This document shows positions 61,186-64,000 of a stretch of DNA of 64,000 nucleotides, in pieces. Location: assembly GCA_963600865.1 (NCBI GenBank), contig CAVCDC010000001.1:46709-110708 (forward strand). The letters run 5' to 3'. Every line of letters begins with the position of its first letter. Position 1 is the first letter of the stretch. Position numbers and translations under genes: made by a program. Below the pieces are notes generated by a model that was given only the letters and a program-made list of their open reading frames with translations, made no database searches and was not told the DNA's origin. This stretch comes from Firmicutes bacterium CAG:103 (GTDB lineage: Bacteria > Bacteroidota > Bacteroidia > Bacteroidales > Bacteroidaceae).

Positions 61186-62903
61186 CCTTCGTTGGGACGA
61201 ATGTCCTCTATCTGCAGCTGTACTTGGTTTTTCTTGAAAATGTTTTCCTCTATGGTGTATGCAATGTCGAAACTGCGCTTGCTCTTGATGTAACGGGCTG
61301 ATGCACTTTGTCCGAAGGCTATGCCGTTGACGACGGTGCTCGACTTGGAGTCAACAAGTTCCAGTTTGATGTGCTCCTGTTCCCTGCCCACCACCTTGCT
61401 TGTGCCGTAGTCGTATACTCCGTTGGTAGAGAACACGGGTTTGGTATTACACGGTCCGAAAGGTGCAAAGCGTTTCAGGTCATTGTGCAGATGCTTGGTA
61501 ATGTCTCTGAAGTCGATGGTGGCATCGATGTGCAGTATCGCCTCTGTCTGCTCTGGTGAGATGTGCTCTTCCACGTATTGCTGGAAGCGGTTGCGGAACT
61601 CTCGTACGTATTCCCATTTCATGGTGAGACCGGCTGCATAGGTATGGCCTCCGAAATTGAGAAGTAGGTCACGACAACTCTTGATGGCTGAGTATACATC
61701 GAAGCCTGTCACGCTGCGAGCAGACCCTGTAGCCATGTCTCCGTCTCGTGTCAGCACGACGGTGGGACGGAAGTATATCTCGGTGAGTCTGGATGCCACG
61801 ATACCGATGACTCCCTTTTTCCAACTTTCGTCGTATAGGACGATGCTTGAGTTGTGCTTTTGGCTTTCAAGGCGCGAGACGATGACGTTGGCTTCCTCCG
61901 TCATCTGCTTGTCTATGTCTTTCCTCTGTTCGTTATATTCGTTGATGTGCTTTGCCATGTGCAAAGCGTAGGCGAAGTCTTTCTCGACAAGGAGGTCTAC
62001 ACTCAACTTACCGTTCTCCATGCGACCGGAGGCGTTGATGCGCGGTCCTATCTTGAAGATGATGTCGCTCATGGAGATTTCCCTTCCGTTGAGTCCGCAG
62101 ATATCGATAATCGATTTCAGACCGATGCTGGGGTTGGTATTCAACTGTTTGAGACCATGGAAGGCGAGGATGCGGTTCTCGTCTGTGACAGGCACTATGT
62201 CGGCGGCTATGCTCACGGCACAGAAGTCGAGTAGGGGGATGAGTCGAGAGAAGGGAATGTTGTTGTCCTTGGCAAAAGCCTGCATGAACTTAAAGCCTAC
62301 ACCACATCCGCACAGGTGTTTGAAGGGGAAGGGATCATCTGGACGTTTGGGGTTGAGTATAGCCACGGCAGGAGGCATCACCTCGTCGGGGACATGATGG
62401 TCGCAGATGATGAAGTCTATGCCGAGAGACTTGGCGTAGGCGATCTCTTCGTTGGCCTTGATGCCACAGTCGAGTATGATGACAAGCTTCACGCCTGTCT
62501 GTTTGGCATACATAATGCCTTTGTTGCTTACACCGTATCCCTCATCGTAGCGGTCTGGGATGTAGTAGTCTATATTGGAATAGAACTGCTGCAAGAACTT
62601 GTAAACCAGCGCCACTGCCGTACATCCGTCTACATCGTAGTCGCCGTAGACGAGGATGCGCTCCTTACGTCCCATGGCATCATTGAGCCTGTCTACAGCC
62701 ACGTCCATGTCTTTCATGAGGAACGGGTTGATGAGGTCTGAGAGCTGTGGTCGGAAGAAGCGTTTGGCGGCAGATTCGGTGGTGATGCCGCGCTTGATGA
62801 GCAGTTGCCCGAGTATGGGACTGATGCTTAGTTTGTCGCCCAGTTCTTTGGCTGCTTTCTGTTCTTCGGGTGTAGGTGCGTCATAAATCCACTTGAAATG
62901 CAT
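61182..62903 (-). CDS. recJ: ssDNA exonuclease RecJ
   Basis: YGDYDVDG, DCG, CDHH, PRINASGR, GSARS, FGGHTYAAG. Confidence 0.97.
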   Translation of the reverse strand: MHFKWIYDAPTPEEQKAAKELGDKLSISPILGQLLIKRGITTESAAKRFFRPQLSDLINPFLMKDMDVAVDRLNDAMGRKERILVYGDYDVDGCTAVALVYKFLQQFYSNIDYYIPDRYDEGYGVSNKGIMYAKQTGVKLVIILDCGIKANEEIAYAKSLGIDFIICDHHVPDEVMPPAVAILNPKRPDDPFPFKHLCGCGVGFKFMQAFAKDNNIPFSRLIPLLDFCAVSIAADIVPVTDENRILAFHGLKQLNTNPSIGLKSIIDICGLNGREISMSDIIFKIGPRINASGRMENGKLSVDLLVEKDFAYALHMAKHINEYNEQRKDIDKQMTEEANVIVSRLESQKHNSSIVLYDESWKKGVIGIVASRLTEIYFRPTVVLTRDGDMATGSARSVTGFDVYSAIKSCRDLLLNFGGHTYAAGLTMKWEYVREFRNRFQQYVEEHISPEQTEAILHIDATIDFRDITKHLHNDLKRFAPFGPCNTKPVFSTNGVYDYGTSKVVGREQEHIKLELVDSKSSTVVNGIAFGQSASARYIKSKRSFDIAYTIEENIFKKNQVQLQIEDIRPNEG

Positions 62904-62977
62904 TTCGTTGTTTTTTATTTTGCCGTCAAAGTTACAAAAATATTGTCACAATACGAAATGTTTTATATGAAAATAAC

Positions 62978-63013
62978 AAAATAAGGGACTGCGAACTTTT
63001 GTCGCAGTCCCTT
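62978..63013 (-). terminator. intrinsic terminator of pepC
   Basis: AAGGGACTGCGA...TCGCAGTCCCTT with upstream A tract. Confidence 0.85.
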
Positions 63014-63036
63014 GTCTCTATGTTTTTCGGGTTGTC

Positions 63037-64000
63037 TTAGATACCCAATTTCTTGCGGATGTCCTTAGGAATGGCATTCTTGTTGACCATATAGTCCATG
63101 GTCTTGTATGCTACGAATGCCTTTGTCATGTACCATGTTCCCTTGTAGTCGCCATATTCGCCCCAAGAGTTCTTTACCATGTAGTACTCCTTGCCGTTCT
63201 GGTCCTTGGCGATACCGTAGATGTGCATGCCGTGGTCGTCGGTTGTCTCCCAGTTGTCGAAAGCTTCCTGACGCATTGCCTGTGTAGGAACAACTTCGGG
63301 AGCGTTGACACCGAGAGAGTCAAACTTCTCTTTCTTCTCGTCTTTGGAGAGCTTGAACCAGTGGTCGGCATCGGTGCCTGACAAGGAACGAACCTTCTTT
63401 ACGTCGTATGCAATACCCAATCCTTTGCGGGTGAAGCCGTCTTCTGTCACATCACCGCCCCAGGCTACTGTGTATCCGTTGTTAATGGCATTGTCTATGA
63501 TGCGGCAAAGATCCTCCATCGGGACGTTGTAGCTCATAGGCCAGCGCCAGTTGTCCTGTACCTCTACAGCAAACTGACTCCACATGGGGTGGTGGGTGAA
63601 GCTGGTGATGCTTACATAGTCATCGAGGTTGAGACCCAGGCTCTGGCAGAATGACTGTGGAGTATATTGTTTGCCCTCGTAGGTAAACTTCTCAGGAGCC
63701 TTGCCGATGTAAGAGTCAATGATGCCCTGCAGACCGCTCTTCCAAGCTGTCGAAATCTTCTTGGCACTGCTCTTCGCCACGGCTTCTACATAGGGAGTCA
63801 TCACGTTGAAGAACTCACCGAAGTTGGCGAGTGAGTCACCAGTAAGAGTACCGGGAGCTGGCATTGCTGTCTCAGGTACGATACCATAGTGCTGCAGAGC
63901 ATAGAGTACGTCGTATGCGCTACCACCCTGTGAGAAGCTTACGTCACCGTGCATTCTTACTGCCATGGTGGCGCGGTCCATGTATGTCTTGTTGGCAACG
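63037..64000 (-). CDS. pepC: aminopeptidase C / bleomycin hydrolase (C1B), 5' end outside window
   Basis: YGIVPE, DDHGMHIYG (catalytic His), VKNSWG (catalytic Asn). Confidence 0.9.
   Translation of the reverse strand, partial: VANKTYMDRATMAVRMHGDVSFSQGGSAYDVLYALQHYGIVPETAMPAPGTLTGDSLANFGEFFNVMTPYVEAVAKSSAKKISTAWKSGLQGIIDSYIGKAPEKFTYEGKQYTPQSFCQSLGLNLDDYVSITSFTHHPMWSQFAVEVQDNWRWPMSYNVPMEDLCRIIDNAINNGYTVAWGGDVTEDGFTRKGLGIAYDVKKVRSLSGTDADHWFKLSKDEKKEKFDSLGVNAPEVVPTQAMRQEAFDNWETTDDHGMHIYGIAKDQNGKEYYMVKNSWGEYGDYKGTWYMTKAFVAYKTMDYMVNKNAIPKDIRKKLGI

Overview
Core-genome chromosomal segment of a Bacteroidota (Prevotella-like) bacterium. Evidence: TAnnTTTG/TTTG sigma-A promoters throughout, A-rich leaders without Shine-Dalgarno, a T9SS cargo protein, serine palmitoyltransferase and Bacteroidota atp operon order. 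It holds about 50 CDSs and one tRNA-Cys: uvrB, bamD-rpoZ, rpsP, orphan wzx, nhaD-like, pfkA, atpDC-x-BEFHAG, a Czc-type heavy-metal RND efflux operon, dsbD-COG0523, an AAA_28-CYTH fusion, a polar amino-acid ABC transporter, ispE, radA, queC, a FucI/XylA-II-like isomerase, pgm, wza-wzc-wzb, M48-NfeD-SPFH, rarA, a lipid kinase/spt pair, ABC-F, pepO, recJ-recQ and pepC. No CRISPR, integrase, transposase or phage genes are seen. Best candidates for something new: (1) an exported-looking His/Cys-rich leader protein ending in an RGPP arrest-type motif just upstream of the metal-efflux operon, with twin TGCAAC-N3-GTTGC[A/C] operator-like boxes in the gap, suggesting a metal-sensing ribosome-stalling system; (2) a WecB paralog with several catalytic residues replaced; (3) a circularly permuted, lipidated substrate-binding domain fused to its permease; (4) a dispersed heptamer-repeat element family with a shared 22-bp core, placed right after stop codons; (5) 22-bp palindromic and 23-bp gradient tandem arrays between ispE and radA. 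All family calls come from motif recognition by eye; no database search was run.
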